A stretch of 64,000 bases of DNA from the NCBI GenBank assembly GCA_052279835.1, contig CP181291.1, positions 384,001 to 448,000 on the forward strand. Reading direction: 5' to 3'. Positions 50,928 to 61,600 of the stretch are shown in pieces (the first letter of the stretch is position 1; each line of letters begins with the position of its first letter). The notes under the pieces are model-generated. The model had not been told where the DNA came from and made no database searches. It worked only from the letters and a program-made list of their open reading frames with translations. The stretch is from Microcoleus sp. Its GTDB lineage: Bacteria; Cyanobacteriota; Cyanobacteriia; Cyanobacteriales; Microcoleaceae. The position numbers and the translations under genes are program-made.

Positions 50928-51764
50928 ATGCTAGAACTCCACTGTCACACAACTTATTCCGATGGTACTCTCACCCCTGGGGAACTTGTCGCGGCTGCTG
51001 CTGCGTCTGGGGTTCGTGCTTTGGCGATCACAGATCACGATACTATGTCTGGTTGGGATGAAGCTTTTGTGGCGGCCCTTTTGTACAATCTCGAAATAGT
51101 GCCCGGAGTAGAACTTAGTACAGTCCACAACGATCGCTCTTTGCACATTTTAGGTTTTTATCCCGATGCAAATAAGCTGCGCGTTCCTTTGAACGATCGC
51201 CTAGAAGGACGGTTTAGGCGATCGCAAGAAATGGTGGACAAATTAGCAGCCATGGGATACCCCATCGCATTACCAAAAACCTCCCCAGGTATGGCACCAG
51301 GAAGACCTCACCTTGCGTCTGCATTGGTAGCAGCCGGTTATGCCAAATCATCGCGGGAAGCCTTCGATCGGTGGTTGGGCGATAGTGGACCTGCTTACGT
51401 TCGTTACGAAAAATTCTCCATCGTCGAAGGTATTGATTTATTGCGGAGTAGTGGCGCAGTACCAGTGTGGGCTCACCCTTATTTATTTCGCGGCGGAGTT
51501 GTGGAAGAAGTCTTAAAAGAATTAGTAGATGCGGGTTTAATGGGAGTGGAAGTATACCATCCCAGCCACAGTTCCAGTCAGATTCAAAAATTGCAAGATT
51601 TGTGCTTGCACTACGGTTTGTTGATGACCGGTGGTAGCGACTATCACGGCCCAGAACTCGCCATAAATAAAAAAAAAGGAATTGAAAGTACCACTCTTAA
51701 TATGCTGCATTTACCTTTAGAATTGCTAGAACCAGTTAAAGTTGCGGCGGCCAGTTTGAAGTAG
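50928..51764 (+). CDS. PHP domain protein (TrpH-like)
   Basis: LHCHTTYSDG, ITDHD, GVELS, WAHP, GGSDYHG. Confidence 0.92.
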   Translation: MLELHCHTTYSDGTLTPGELVAAAAASGVRALAITDHDTMSGWDEAFVAALLYNLEIVPGVELSTVHNDRSLHILGFYPDANKLRVPLNDRLEGRFRRSQEMVDKLAAMGYPIALPKTSPGMAPGRPHLASALVAAGYAKSSREAFDRWLGDSGPAYVRYEKFSIVEGIDLLRSSGAVPVWAHPYLFRGGVVEEVLKELVDAGLMGVEVYHPSHSSSQIQKLQDLCLHYGLLMTGGSDYHGPELAINKKKGIESTTLNMLHLPLELLEPVKVAAASLK

Positions 51765-51880
51765 TTTTTTAGGGTGAATTTTGCCGATAAATTTATATAA
51801 ATAAATGTGAATTTCAAGTTAACGACTTAGTAAATAGTAGTAAGATAGTAAAAACATTAAATTGCTTAGCGGAGTGTGCT

Positions 51881-52090
51881 ATGAGTACAGAAGATAGAGC
51901 AAAGGCGATCGGCAAAAATGTAGAAGGTAAAGTTCAAGAAGTTTTCGGCAATATCACAGGCAACAAAAAAGACCAGGCTGAAGGTAAGGCAAAACAAGCT
52001 GAAGCTGCCGCCCGCCATGCAGCAGAAGATCTGAAAAATGCCGTGAAAAATGTGACAGACAAGGCGAAAAAGGCGATCGACAAGTTGTAG
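51881..52090 (+). CDS. CsbD family stress protein
   Basis: GKVQEVFGNITG...QAEGKAKQ. Confidence 0.88.
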   Translation: MSTEDRAKAIGKNVEGKVQEVFGNITGNKKDQAEGKAKQAEAAARHAAEDLKNAVKNVTDKAKKAIDKL

Positions 52091-52245
52091 AAAATATAGT
52101 ATAGCCTTTCTCAGTTAGGTGGGTACTAGGTAATGGGTAATCGGTAATCGGTAATGGCTAATGGGGCACTTGGGCGCTCGCCAAGTCGAAGGGGAGGAAC
52201 CGCGTAGTCGAAGCATTACCAATTACCTATTACCTATTACCTAAT

Positions 52246-53316
52246 TTAATTCTTGCGATCGGTTCTGGGATCGAGAGCATCCCGCAACCCATCACCCAAT
52301 AAATTAAACGCCAAAACCGTGAGAATAATTAAGATAGCTGGGGGCCAAACTAACCAAGGTTGCAATACTAAAACTGAAGCATTAGTAGACAGGGAGAGTA
52401 AATTTCCCCAAGAAGGATCGGGCTGTTGAATTCCCAACCCAATCAAACTCAAAACTGACTCCGCTACAATAAAACTAGGCACGGATAAAGTAGCAGAAAT
52501 AATCACGTAAGTGGCAGTTTGGGGCAATACATGACGGACAATAATATAAAGTGGATTTGCACCCATTGCCCTCGCTGCTTGGACGAATTCTAGTTGTTTA
52601 ATGGAGAGCACTTGACCGCGAATTACCCGCGCTAAACCAGTCCAACTGATGAATGAAGTAATAATGACAATCAGGATAAATCGCTGAGCGCTTGTCAATC
52701 CCGGTGGTAGAACTGCTGCTAATGCTACTAATAAATAAAGACCGGGAATTGTCATCAATACTTCCACAAAGCGCATTAAAACACTATCAATCCAACTCCC
52801 AAAATAACCTGAAATTCCTCCGATTAACAATCCCAAAGGAAAAGAAATTGCTATTCCTACTAAACCGATGCTGAGGCTAATGCGGCTGCCGTGTACTAAG
52901 CGACTAAATTGGTCGCGAGCTTGTTCGTCCGTGCCTAACAGGTTAATTCTGGCTTCTCCCGTAGCACCAAATAGGTGTCGATCGCCTGAAATAATTCCGA
53001 ACAACTTATAGGGATAACCTTTGGTAAAGAAAACCAAAGAGGAGGGTTTGCGGGTGTCTACAATTACTTTGCGATCGCCTGTATTTACATCCACAGAACC
53101 TTGGGTAGTAGGATAAATATGGGGACCAATAAATTGCCCGTCTGGTGCGGTGAAATGAATCTGCGTCGGCGGCAATAAGGAAGCGTTTAATAGGGAGTCG
53201 TAGGGGTCGTAAGGTGCTACAAAATCAGCTAAAATCGCTACAGTGTAAAAAATCAATAGCAACACTGCTCCAAACTTAGCTAGAGGATTATGTTTCAGGT
53301 TTTGCCACCATTTCAT
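52246..53316 (-). CDS. Peptide ABC transporter permease (DppC/OppC-like)
   Basis: LLGTDEQARD, EFVQAARAMGA, LGDGLRDALDP. Confidence 0.93.
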   Translation of the reverse strand: MKWWQNLKHNPLAKFGAVLLLIFYTVAILADFVAPYDPYDSLLNASLLPPTQIHFTAPDGQFIGPHIYPTTQGSVDVNTGDRKVIVDTRKPSSLVFFTKGYPYKLFGIISGDRHLFGATGEARINLLGTDEQARDQFSRLVHGSRISLSIGLVGIAISFPLGLLIGGISGYFGSWIDSVLMRFVEVLMTIPGLYLLVALAAVLPPGLTSAQRFILIVIITSFISWTGLARVIRGQVLSIKQLEFVQAARAMGANPLYIIVRHVLPQTATYVIISATLSVPSFIVAESVLSLIGLGIQQPDPSWGNLLSLSTNASVLVLQPWLVWPPAILIILTVLAFNLLGDGLRDALDPRTDRKN

Positions 53317-53342
53317 AGTTTTTTAATTGTTGAAGGTTAACT

Positions 53343-53547
53343 TTTGTTATTGGTTATTGGTTATTTGTTGTTTGTTATTTGTTGTTTGTTATTGGTTATT
53401 TGTTATTGGTTATTTGTTGTTTGTTATTTGTTATTTGTTAGTTTAGTCATGACTAATGACTACTGACTACTGACTAATGACTAATGACTAATGACTAATG
53501 ACTAATGACTACTGACTAATGACTACTGACTAATGACTAATGACTAC
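53343..53547. repeat. Heptamer STRR arrays (TTATTTG-type then TGACTAA/TGACTAC)
   Basis: Directly visible. Confidence 0.9.
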
Positions 53548-54641
53548 TGAATATCATTTTGCTGTAATTCTTCGTCCCGAAAGGGATTGTAGAAAAAAGA
53601 GCCTGTTTGCGGTGGTAATTTGGGGTTGAGTACAATTTCTACTATACTTTTTACTACCCCAGTTAACGGAATTGCCAGGATAACTCCCAATAATCCTCCC
53701 ACTTTACCTCCTAACAGCAAGGCTGTGAAAATAACTACCGGGCTTAATCCTGTGAGATTTCCCATGATGCGAGGAGCTACTAAGTTATCTTTGATTTGCT
53801 GAAGGGAGATCGCCACTGCTAAGACTTGCAGGGCTTGCCACCAATCAATAAATGCTACAATGATACTAACTGCTCCAATGCCCAAAGTTGCACCGATAAA
53901 GGGAATTATTTCTGTTAATCCTATAAATACCGCAAATAACAGGAAAAATGGGACTCGCAACCACCAAAAAGCCAGAGTCAGTGCTGTGGCCATAAATAGT
54001 CCCAGCAGCAACTGTCCCGATACAAAGCGCTGGAGGTTTCGCTGCAAAGTGTCAGTTAAAACATAGCGAATATCTGGGGAAAAAATACTTGTCAAGCCAC
54101 CCCAGACTCTTTGTCCGTCTAGGAGCATATAAAAGGAAATGACGAGAATTAGAATTAAATCCAAAAACCAGTTAACCGTACCGACAACTAAGCCTAAACC
54201 AGTACCCGCGATCGCCTGTACTTGTTCTTGCACTTTAGCAGATAGTTGCTGCTCCAAAATTTCCACGTTAAAAGGCAAATTGCGATCGGCACTCCAAGTT
54301 TGGAATTCACCTAGCTGCTGTCGCCCAGACTCCAGCAATTCCGGGAGTCTAGCCCCCAACTGTCTGGCTTGGCTAAACACCGGTGGTACAATAGTTAAAC
54401 CAATTACTACTAATAACAAACCAGCAGTTAAATAGACCAGGGCCGCAGCTACTCCCCGTGGCAAAAATACTTGCAGTCTTACAACTGCATAATTCAATAA
54501 AAAGGCAATCAGTCCCGCCGTTACCAAAATGCTGACCAGTTCTCCCACATAATTGATAGCAGCTAGGGTAAACCATCCGGTCACTAGCACTAGCAGCCAA
54601 GTGATTAGAAACTGTTGAGCCGGAGAAAAGAGGCTATTCAT
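53544..54641 (-). CDS. AI-2E family transporter
   Basis: ISFYMLLDG, IPFIGA, DNLVAPRIMG...GLSPV, GVILAIP; ATG at 54641. Confidence 0.9.
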   Translation of the reverse strand: MNSLFSPAQQFLITWLLVLVTGWFTLAAINYVGELVSILVTAGLIAFLLNYAVVRLQVFLPRGVAAALVYLTAGLLLVVIGLTIVPPVFSQARQLGARLPELLESGRQQLGEFQTWSADRNLPFNVEILEQQLSAKVQEQVQAIAGTGLGLVVGTVNWFLDLILILVISFYMLLDGQRVWGGLTSIFSPDIRYVLTDTLQRNLQRFVSGQLLLGLFMATALTLAFWWLRVPFFLLFAVFIGLTEIIPFIGATLGIGAVSIIVAFIDWWQALQVLAVAISLQQIKDNLVAPRIMGNLTGLSPVVIFTALLLGGKVGGLLGVILAIPLTGVVKSIVEIVLNPKLPPQTGSFFYNPFRDEELQQNDIQ

Positions 54642-54688
54642 CAGAAAAATGGGTTGGAAACCCCGTCCTTCTAGGACGGCTTTACAAT

Positions 54689-55723
54689 TTAATTTGCAAT
54701 GCGCCACGAGTTGTAGGACAAAAATTTACAATCTGCGGGCGATGCGTTTTGAGTTAGACGCTTGCCAATTTTTAAATCGTGCAAGCTAATTGTTTTTCGG
54801 TACGGGTCTTTCTTTGTTGGAGATTCTTGCCAACCGCCAACGTAACAAAATCCGTATTTAGGGTGTTTAACAATTGAACCGCGCTTAAACCCGATACTAA
54901 TTGTGCCACCATAACGAAGGCGAATATGACCTGTGGAATGTTGCAAGCGATGGAGCTGTCTGCGATGAAACTCAAGGGGAATTACTTCTATTAGCTTGGT
55001 CTTGTCGGGTTGGATCTGTCCTCCCGCGTACCAATTAGCTAACACCCAAGAATCCACGCAGTGAGCCTCAAACTTGTTTGATAGTTTCTGTTTGGACTTG
55101 AGAAGTCCTAAATTTTGACGCAGTTCGTAAGTATCGTTTCCCGATCTAATCTCAAGATGGGCAATCTTTCTAACCTCAGAGTAAAACCAGTGTTTGCCTA
55201 CTTCCAAAGGGCTAAACGATACATTCCACTTGCGTCCGTTTTTTCGGGTTCTTGCTTTGATATCTTCCACAACAATTGTCGATATTGGAAACATCAACGT
55301 TAGCCAGTTAACTATCCTTAACTTCCACTGCCATCTTGCCTTAGTAGATGGAGGGAGCCGATTTTTGTTAACCAACCTGTTAGCTCGGTTTTGACGGCAC
55401 GGTGTGTTCCGAAACCGCCGAGCACGTCGCATATTTCGCCTTACTTCAACATGGTCTTTTACCCAATCAATTGCATGGGTCTGGATGTTTAAGTAGGTAT
55501 GCGATTTGGATTTAACGGTAAATCCTTCGCGTTTGCTACCTGGATCGATGCCAACCGCTATGGGTTGATAGTTGTGGTTTGAAGGCTCTGCATTCAACCT
55601 GACACAAAATACTCCTTTTTTCCAGAAGGGTGTTGCCTTGCCCGATCCTATCCAACGCTTGGCGCGGGCATTGGTAGTCGGCATTAACGGTCTATTTTCA
55701 CTGTTTACAACGGGTACAAACAT
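54689..55723 (-). CDS. isrB: IsrB RNA-guided nickase (PLMP + split RuvC, no HNH)
   Basis: RPLMPT, GIDPGSK (RuvC-I), RRNMRRARR bridge helix, VEDIK (RuvC-II), HCVDS (RuvC-III); 344 aa with no HNH/Cys insert. Confidence 0.85.
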   Translation of the reverse strand: MFVPVVNSENRPLMPTTNARAKRWIGSGKATPFWKKGVFCVRLNAEPSNHNYQPIAVGIDPGSKREGFTVKSKSHTYLNIQTHAIDWVKDHVEVRRNMRRARRFRNTPCRQNRANRLVNKNRLPPSTKARWQWKLRIVNWLTLMFPISTIVVEDIKARTRKNGRKWNVSFSPLEVGKHWFYSEVRKIAHLEIRSGNDTYELRQNLGLLKSKQKLSNKFEAHCVDSWVLANWYAGGQIQPDKTKLIEVIPLEFHRRQLHRLQHSTGHIRLRYGGTISIGFKRGSIVKHPKYGFCYVGGWQESPTKKDPYRKTISLHDLKIGKRLTQNASPADCKFLSYNSWRIAN

Positions 55724-55729
55724 TTATGG

Positions 55730-55943
55730 TAAGTCCTATTTCTAGGTATATATTTCCCTTCGCCACTGACTGCCAAAGTGGTTAAGAACTAGGGAGGCAT
55801 TCTTAACGTTTTGTGAGATACCACTCTCAGGCAGTTCAGTTGGTCTTTTAAAGACGCAGGCTAGACACTGTTTTGGTCTTGAATTTGGAGGGTGGTGAGC
55901 CTTCCTCTTTCAAGCCCCATGCCTTCAGGCTGGGGTTTATGAC
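55730..55943 (-). ncRNA. omegaRNA scaffold
   Basis: About 215-nt non-coding structured region between the element end and isrB; boundaries inferred. Confidence 0.7.
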
Positions 55944-56325
55944 TGGGATTTTTGTCAATTAAACTGGCACAATTTTTGGGGTATATGTGCCATATTCTAC
56001 ACTAAACATCGGAAATATAAACTAACAATAATAATCAGTTCCCCATGAGAATTACCGGATTATTGATGAGTTGGTGAGAGCCAAACGGCTCCTCGAAACA
56101 GAAGTTAGGGCGATCGACTCCCTCTGACAATCCAGAATTCACCTACAAGCTTCCCATCCGTGCAGTCATTTTCTCGAAGGCGGCCACCCAAAATTAGGCC
56201 GCAGTCATCCAAAGGGAGGACGCGGTACTGTTGACCTCCTCCGTTACAATGAGATAGATATTAAGAACGCAATCTTTCTTTACAATATAAAAAACCAAAG
56301 GCTGATACCGGCGGGAGGAACTACT

Positions 56326-58116
56326 GTGACGCATCCAATTATTTCAGAAGCGGAAGAAACGCAACCCCTTCATCACCTACACCCCAATCGCGATCGCAAC
56401 GAAGCGGCGATCGTGTACGAAGATAGGATCGAAGACGAGTCTCGCCGGAAATTCGCCTCTGAGGAAGATGAACGCGAAATTTCTCTTTTAGTTCCAGAAA
56501 TGGATAGCGAGGAACCAGCAGTTTGGGAAGGGGAAGAAAGAGCATCTGCGCCCAGCAAAGGCATCAAGTGGCCAGGGGTGTTGGCAGGGGTAGGCATTGG
56601 GGTAGCTGCTACACTAGCGGCAGTGCACCTGATCCAACGCCCCAGTGCACCTCCGGCTGCTCCCGCAAAAGCGGCAACGATAGCACCGATCGCTCAGACT
56701 GTGACAGTGGCACCGGTGGAATCGGCTCAGGTGACTCAAACTCTAGAAGCAACGGGCACTGTAGCCCCCTACGATTTACTGCCGGTACTCCCACAAGCTA
56801 ATGGCTTGCAAATCAAGCAGGTGTTGGTGGCGGAAGGAGATAGGGTAGAAAAGGGTCAGGTGATGGCGGTTTTGGATGACTCGGTGTTGCGATCGCAAAT
56901 TTCCGAAGCTGTTGCTAAAGTACAATCTGCCAATTCTACCGTAGAACAAGCCCAAGCTCAGGTGCAGCAAGCCCAGTCTACCCAAGAAGAAGCCGAAGCC
57001 GGCGTTGCTCAAGCTCAGGCTGGCGTGGAAAAAGCCATCGCTGACGCAGAGCAAGCCAAAACAGGTGTCGGCCAAGCTCAAGCTGGTGTCGGCCAAGCTA
57101 AAGCTGGTGTTAATCAAGCTAGAGCGGGCATTGCTTCTGCTCAGGCTAAATTAGAACAGGCCCAAAGAGAGGTAAATCGTACCCAAGATTTGGCATCTCA
57201 GGGAGTAATTAGTCAGCAAGAATTAGAAAGACGTAAAACAGAGCAGCAAACGGCTGTTCAAGATTTGAACAAAACTAAAGCTGATTTAAATCGAGCTTTG
57301 GAAGAACAAAATAAAGCAGCGGAAGAAGTGCGATCGGCTCTTGCTAAAGTAGCGAATGCGGTGGCTAATATCAATACAGCTAAGGCAGCCCTCAGCAGTG
57401 CTCGTGCGAAAGTGAATACGGCGGGTTCAAGTGTCAGCAGCGCTAGAGCCAATGTCGGAAACAATGCTGCTACTGTTCGTAGCAATGATGCGCGAGTCAA
57501 ACAGTTACAAACTCAATTAGAACAAACTGTAGTTCGCGCACCAGATAGCGGCACGGTGGCTGAAAGAATTGGTAGAGTTGGGGATGTTTCTTCTGGTAGC
57601 CAAAAACTGTTTTCGATTATTCGGGGAAACAAGCTGGAATTGCAATTGAAAGTGCCGGAAACTCAACTTTCCCAGGTACGCCCTGGCACCGCCGTCAATA
57701 TTACTTCTGATTCTGACAAGCGGATTAAATTAGCAGGAACTGTGCGAGATATTTCGCCTCTGGTTGACCCTCAAAATCGCCAAGCTACAGTGAAAATAGA
57801 TTTGCCTGAAAGTGATTTTTTGCGATCGGGAATGTTTTTGCGGGCTGCGATTGCGACAGCAACGGCTCAAGGTTTGAAGGTTTCGGCTAAGGCTATTTTA
57901 CCGCAAGCTGATGGTGGTGCTGTGGTTTATAAATTGGTTGGTGAGGATAAAGTGCAGGCTCAATCTGTGGAGGTTGGGGCAATTTCTGGGGGGGCTGTTG
58001 GTGATTTGACTAATGCTAAGGTGGAGATTAAAAAGGGTTTGAAGGTTGGCGATCGCGTGGTTGTTGCTGGGGCTGGTTATCTCAAGGATGGCGATCGGGT
58101 TAAGGTGGTTCAATAG
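56326..58116 (+). CDS. RND efflux periplasmic adaptor with long coiled coil
   Basis: TM anchor, VLVAEGDRVEKGQ lipoyl motif, VRAPDSG, GLKVGDRVV. Confidence 0.9.
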   Translation: MTHPIISEAEETQPLHHLHPNRDRNEAAIVYEDRIEDESRRKFASEEDEREISLLVPEMDSEEPAVWEGEERASAPSKGIKWPGVLAGVGIGVAATLAAVHLIQRPSAPPAAPAKAATIAPIAQTVTVAPVESAQVTQTLEATGTVAPYDLLPVLPQANGLQIKQVLVAEGDRVEKGQVMAVLDDSVLRSQISEAVAKVQSANSTVEQAQAQVQQAQSTQEEAEAGVAQAQAGVEKAIADAEQAKTGVGQAQAGVGQAKAGVNQARAGIASAQAKLEQAQREVNRTQDLASQGVISQQELERRKTEQQTAVQDLNKTKADLNRALEEQNKAAEEVRSALAKVANAVANINTAKAALSSARAKVNTAGSSVSSARANVGNNAATVRSNDARVKQLQTQLEQTVVRAPDSGTVAERIGRVGDVSSGSQKLFSIIRGNKLELQLKVPETQLSQVRPGTAVNITSDSDKRIKLAGTVRDISPLVDPQNRQATVKIDLPESDFLRSGMFLRAAIATATAQGLKVSAKAILPQADGGAVVYKLVGEDKVQAQSVEVGAISGGAVGDLTNAKVEIKKGLKVGDRVVVAGAGYLKDGDRVKVVQ

Positions 58117-58435
58117 TTATTAGTCATTAGTCAGCAGTCATTAGTCATTAGTCATTAGTCAGTAGTCATTAGTCATTAGTCATTAGTTAGTAGCGGTGCC
58201 CTGAGCGTAGTCGAAGGGTCATTAGTCATTAGTCATTAGTCATTAGTCATTAGTCAGTAGTCAGTAGTCATTAGTCATTAGTCATTAGTCATTAGTTAGT
58301 AGCGGTGCCCTGAGCGTAGTCATTAGTCATTAGTCATTAGTCATTAGTCAGTAGTCAGTAGTCAGTAGTCATTAGTCATTAGTCATTAGTTAGTAGCGGT
58401 GCCCTGAGCGTAGTCGAAGGGTCATTAGTCAGTAA
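58117..58435. repeat. (TCATTAG)n array interrupted by three TAGTAGCGGTGCCCTGAGCGTAGTC(GAAGGG) units
   Basis: Directly visible. Confidence 0.9.
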
Positions 58436-58613
58436 GTGTAAGGTGCGGACTTCGCACCCTACAGTATTACTTTTTTTGAACGAACCGCGAAGGTGCAAAG
58501 GACGCAAAGGAAGAGAAGAAAGAAGAGAGAAAGCGGAAGAAAGCAGGAACTGTATTACCAATGCTCTTCGGCCCAATGCCCAATCCCCCATTCCCCATTC
58601 CCCATTCCCCATT

Positions 58614-61600
58614 ATGTCTTTTAATATTTCAGCTTGGTCGATCAAACAACCAGTTCCTACTATTGTCTTATTCTTAATTTTGACAATAGGTGGTTTATTA
58701 TCTTTTCCGGTTTTGGGCATTGACGATTCGCCGAATATCGATGTTCCTTCAGTTTCGATATCTGTTAGCCAACCGGGGGCAGATCCAGCGGAACTGGAAT
58801 CTCAAGTTACGAAAAAGGTCGAAGATGCAGTTGCTGGTTTGGGTAATATTGACCACATTATCTCCACCGTTAATGATGGTGCTTCCAATACTACAGTTAA
58901 CTTTCTCTTGGGTACTAATAGCGATCGCGCTACCAATGATGTCCGCAATGCGATCGCCCAAATTCGCCAAAGTCTGCCCCAAGATATTAACGATCCTGTA
59001 GTCAAGCGGGTTGAGTTTGCCGGCAGTTCCATTATGTCCTATGCTGTGGTTTCCCAGCGTCAATCTGTAGAACAGTTAAGCGACTTAATCGACCAAAACA
59101 TCAGCCGCGTCCTCCTCTCGGTAAAAGGTGTGGCTCAAGTGCAGCGGATTGGAGGTAGAGACAGGGATATTCGTGTTGATTTGAACCCTGAACAACTGAA
59201 AAGTCTTGGGATTACAGCTACCCAAGTTAATGACCAAATTCGCAATTTTAATATCAATTTACCAGGTGGGCGCACGGAAATTGGTAACTCAGAGCAAACT
59301 ATTCGCACCCTCGGTAGTGCCAAAACTCTGGATGAACTCAAAACCTATAAAATTACTTTACCTAAAGGTGATTTTGTGCCTCTCACCAGTTTAGGAGAAG
59401 TGACTGAGGGCTATGCAGAGGCGCGTCAGGCGGCGCGACTTAATGGCAAACCTGTAGTGGCTTTTTCCATCCTCCGCAGTACCGGCAGCACTCTGGTAAC
59501 TGTAGAAGAAGCAGTGCGGGAAACAGTGAAAAAATTGGAAAAGACTTTGCCGCCTGATGTCAAGTTGGAGCTTATTTATACCCTAGCAGACCACATACGC
59601 GATTCCTATGAAGCTTCTGTTGATGCTTTGGTTTTGGGGGCTGGTTTAGCAATAGTAACTATTTTAATTTTTCTGCGGGACTGGCGAGCTACTTTGATTG
59701 CTGCTGTGGCGCTACCGCTGTCGGCAATTCCTACTTTTGCGGTGCTCCGACTTTTGGGCTATACCCTTAACGGGATGACTTTGTTGGCCTTGGCGCTGGT
59801 GGTGGGAGTATTGGTAGATGATGCGATCGTGGAAATTGAAAATATCGAACGCCACGTCGGGATGGGAAAAACTCCCTATCAAGCTGCTTTAGATGCTTCT
59901 GATGAAATTGGTTTGGCCGTTGTTGCTACTACGATGACAATTGTTGCGGTATTTGCACCAGTGGCTTTTATGCCGGGAATTCCGGGTCAGTTTTTTCGAC
60001 CTTTTGGGGTGACAGTTTCCGCTTCGGTTTTATTTTCACTGCTGGTAGCCCGCACCGTGACTCCGATGATGGCTGCTTATTTATTTAAGGATAAAGCACA
60101 CCATCAACAACAGTTAAAAAAAGACCAATTATCCTATCAGTATCGACGGCTTTTAATCTGGTCGCTGAAACATCGGGCGATCGTCCTAATTTTAGGTTTA
60201 GCTTTGTTTTTTGGCAGCGTTCAGTTAATACCTTACATTCCCACTGGGTTTATCGATCGCGATGATACAGGACTTTCGACTGTCTCCATTGAACTGCCTC
60301 CCGGTTCTACTTTACAGCAAACGGATGTAGCAGTAGAACAGGCAACTAAACTGTTACTCACCCATCCTGCGGTGGAAAGTGTTTTAGAGACAGAAGGTTC
60401 TCCCACCGTTTCTGGTGGTGCCGGTGGGGGTACTGCCCGTGCTAGTGGTGTGAATACAGGTACTCTTTATGTCAAACTCAAACCCGCGAACAAACGGATT
60501 AAGCAACAGCAGTTTGAAGAAGAAATGCGGCCGAAACTGACGGATGTTCCCGGTGTGCGGCTCAGTTTTTCCCAAGGGCGAGTGGGGGGGAGAAAGCAAA
60601 TGTCGATCGTCCTTAAAAGCGAAAATGCTCCTGCTTTGACAAAAACAGCCCTCGATCTTACTCAACAAATGAGTCAGGTGACAGGATTGATTGAGGTGCA
60701 ATCTACCGCGAGTTTGGTGAAGCCAGAAATCTTGGTCAAACCTGACCCAAATCTGGCGGCGGATCAGGGTGTATCTGTACAACAAATTGCTCGCACTGCA
60801 TCTTTGGCAACCATTGGAGATATTGACTCGAATTTGGCTAAGTTCGATTTGCCAGATAGACAAATTCCGATTCATGTGATGTTAGCACCACAGTTTCGCA
60901 GCGATGTTGAAACAATTAAGAGTCTCCAAGTACCGGGTAAAAATAATACTTTGGTGCCTTTGAGGGCAGTGGCTGATATTGCTTTGGGTAGCGGGCCTTC
61001 TCAGATCGATCGCTATGACAGAGCTCGCCAAGTTTCTGTAGAGGGCAATTTGTTGCCCGGTACTACTTTGGGAGAAGCTTTGGCTGCGGTGAAAAAACTG
61101 CCGGCAATGAATCCTCTGCCGCCTGGGGTGGAACAGGAATCTTCAGGAGATGCCAAGGTGATGCAGGATATCTTCAGTGGTTTTGCGGGGGCTTTGGGAA
61201 CGGCGGTTTTGTTTATTTATGCTGTGTTGGTGTTGCTGTTTGCGAATTTTCTGCATCCGATAACTATTATGGCAGCCCTACCTTTGTCGATCGGGGGTGC
61301 TTTGCTGGGGCTGCTGGTGGGCCAGAAGTCTTTGGGGCTCTACGCTTTGATTGGGATAGTTTTGCTGATGGGAATTGTGACGAAAAACTCGATTTTGTTG
61401 GTGGATTACGCGATTCTGAATCAGAAGGAAGGAAAGCCGATGTATGAAGCGACGCTGGAATCTGGGGTGGCGCGCTTGCGGCCGATTTTGATGACAACCA
61501 TCGCCATGATTGCTGGGATGGTCCCCATCGCCCTGGGACTTGGTGCCGGTTCTCAGGTGCGCAGCCCGATGGCGATGGCGGTAATTGGCGGTTTGATGAC

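Larger units (their letters stand above)
54642..55943 (-). mobile_element. Non-autonomous IS200/IS605-superfamily element carrying omegaRNA + IsrB
   Basis: 5' end GTCATAAACCCCAGCCTGAAGGCATGGGGCTTG hairpin; 3' end GCCGTCCTAGAAGGACGGGGTTTCCAACCC hairpin; no tnpA. Confidence 0.8.

Noticed and set aside
54689..55723. Calling the protein IscB, Cas9 or TnpB
   Set aside because: It has a PLMP N-terminus (not TnpB), lacks the HNH insert (not IscB/Cas9), and there is no CRISPR array.
58183..58423. CRISPR-like look: three identical ~30-nt units with spacers
   Set aside because: Spacers are TCATTAG heptamer runs, not unique sequence; no cas genes or leader.
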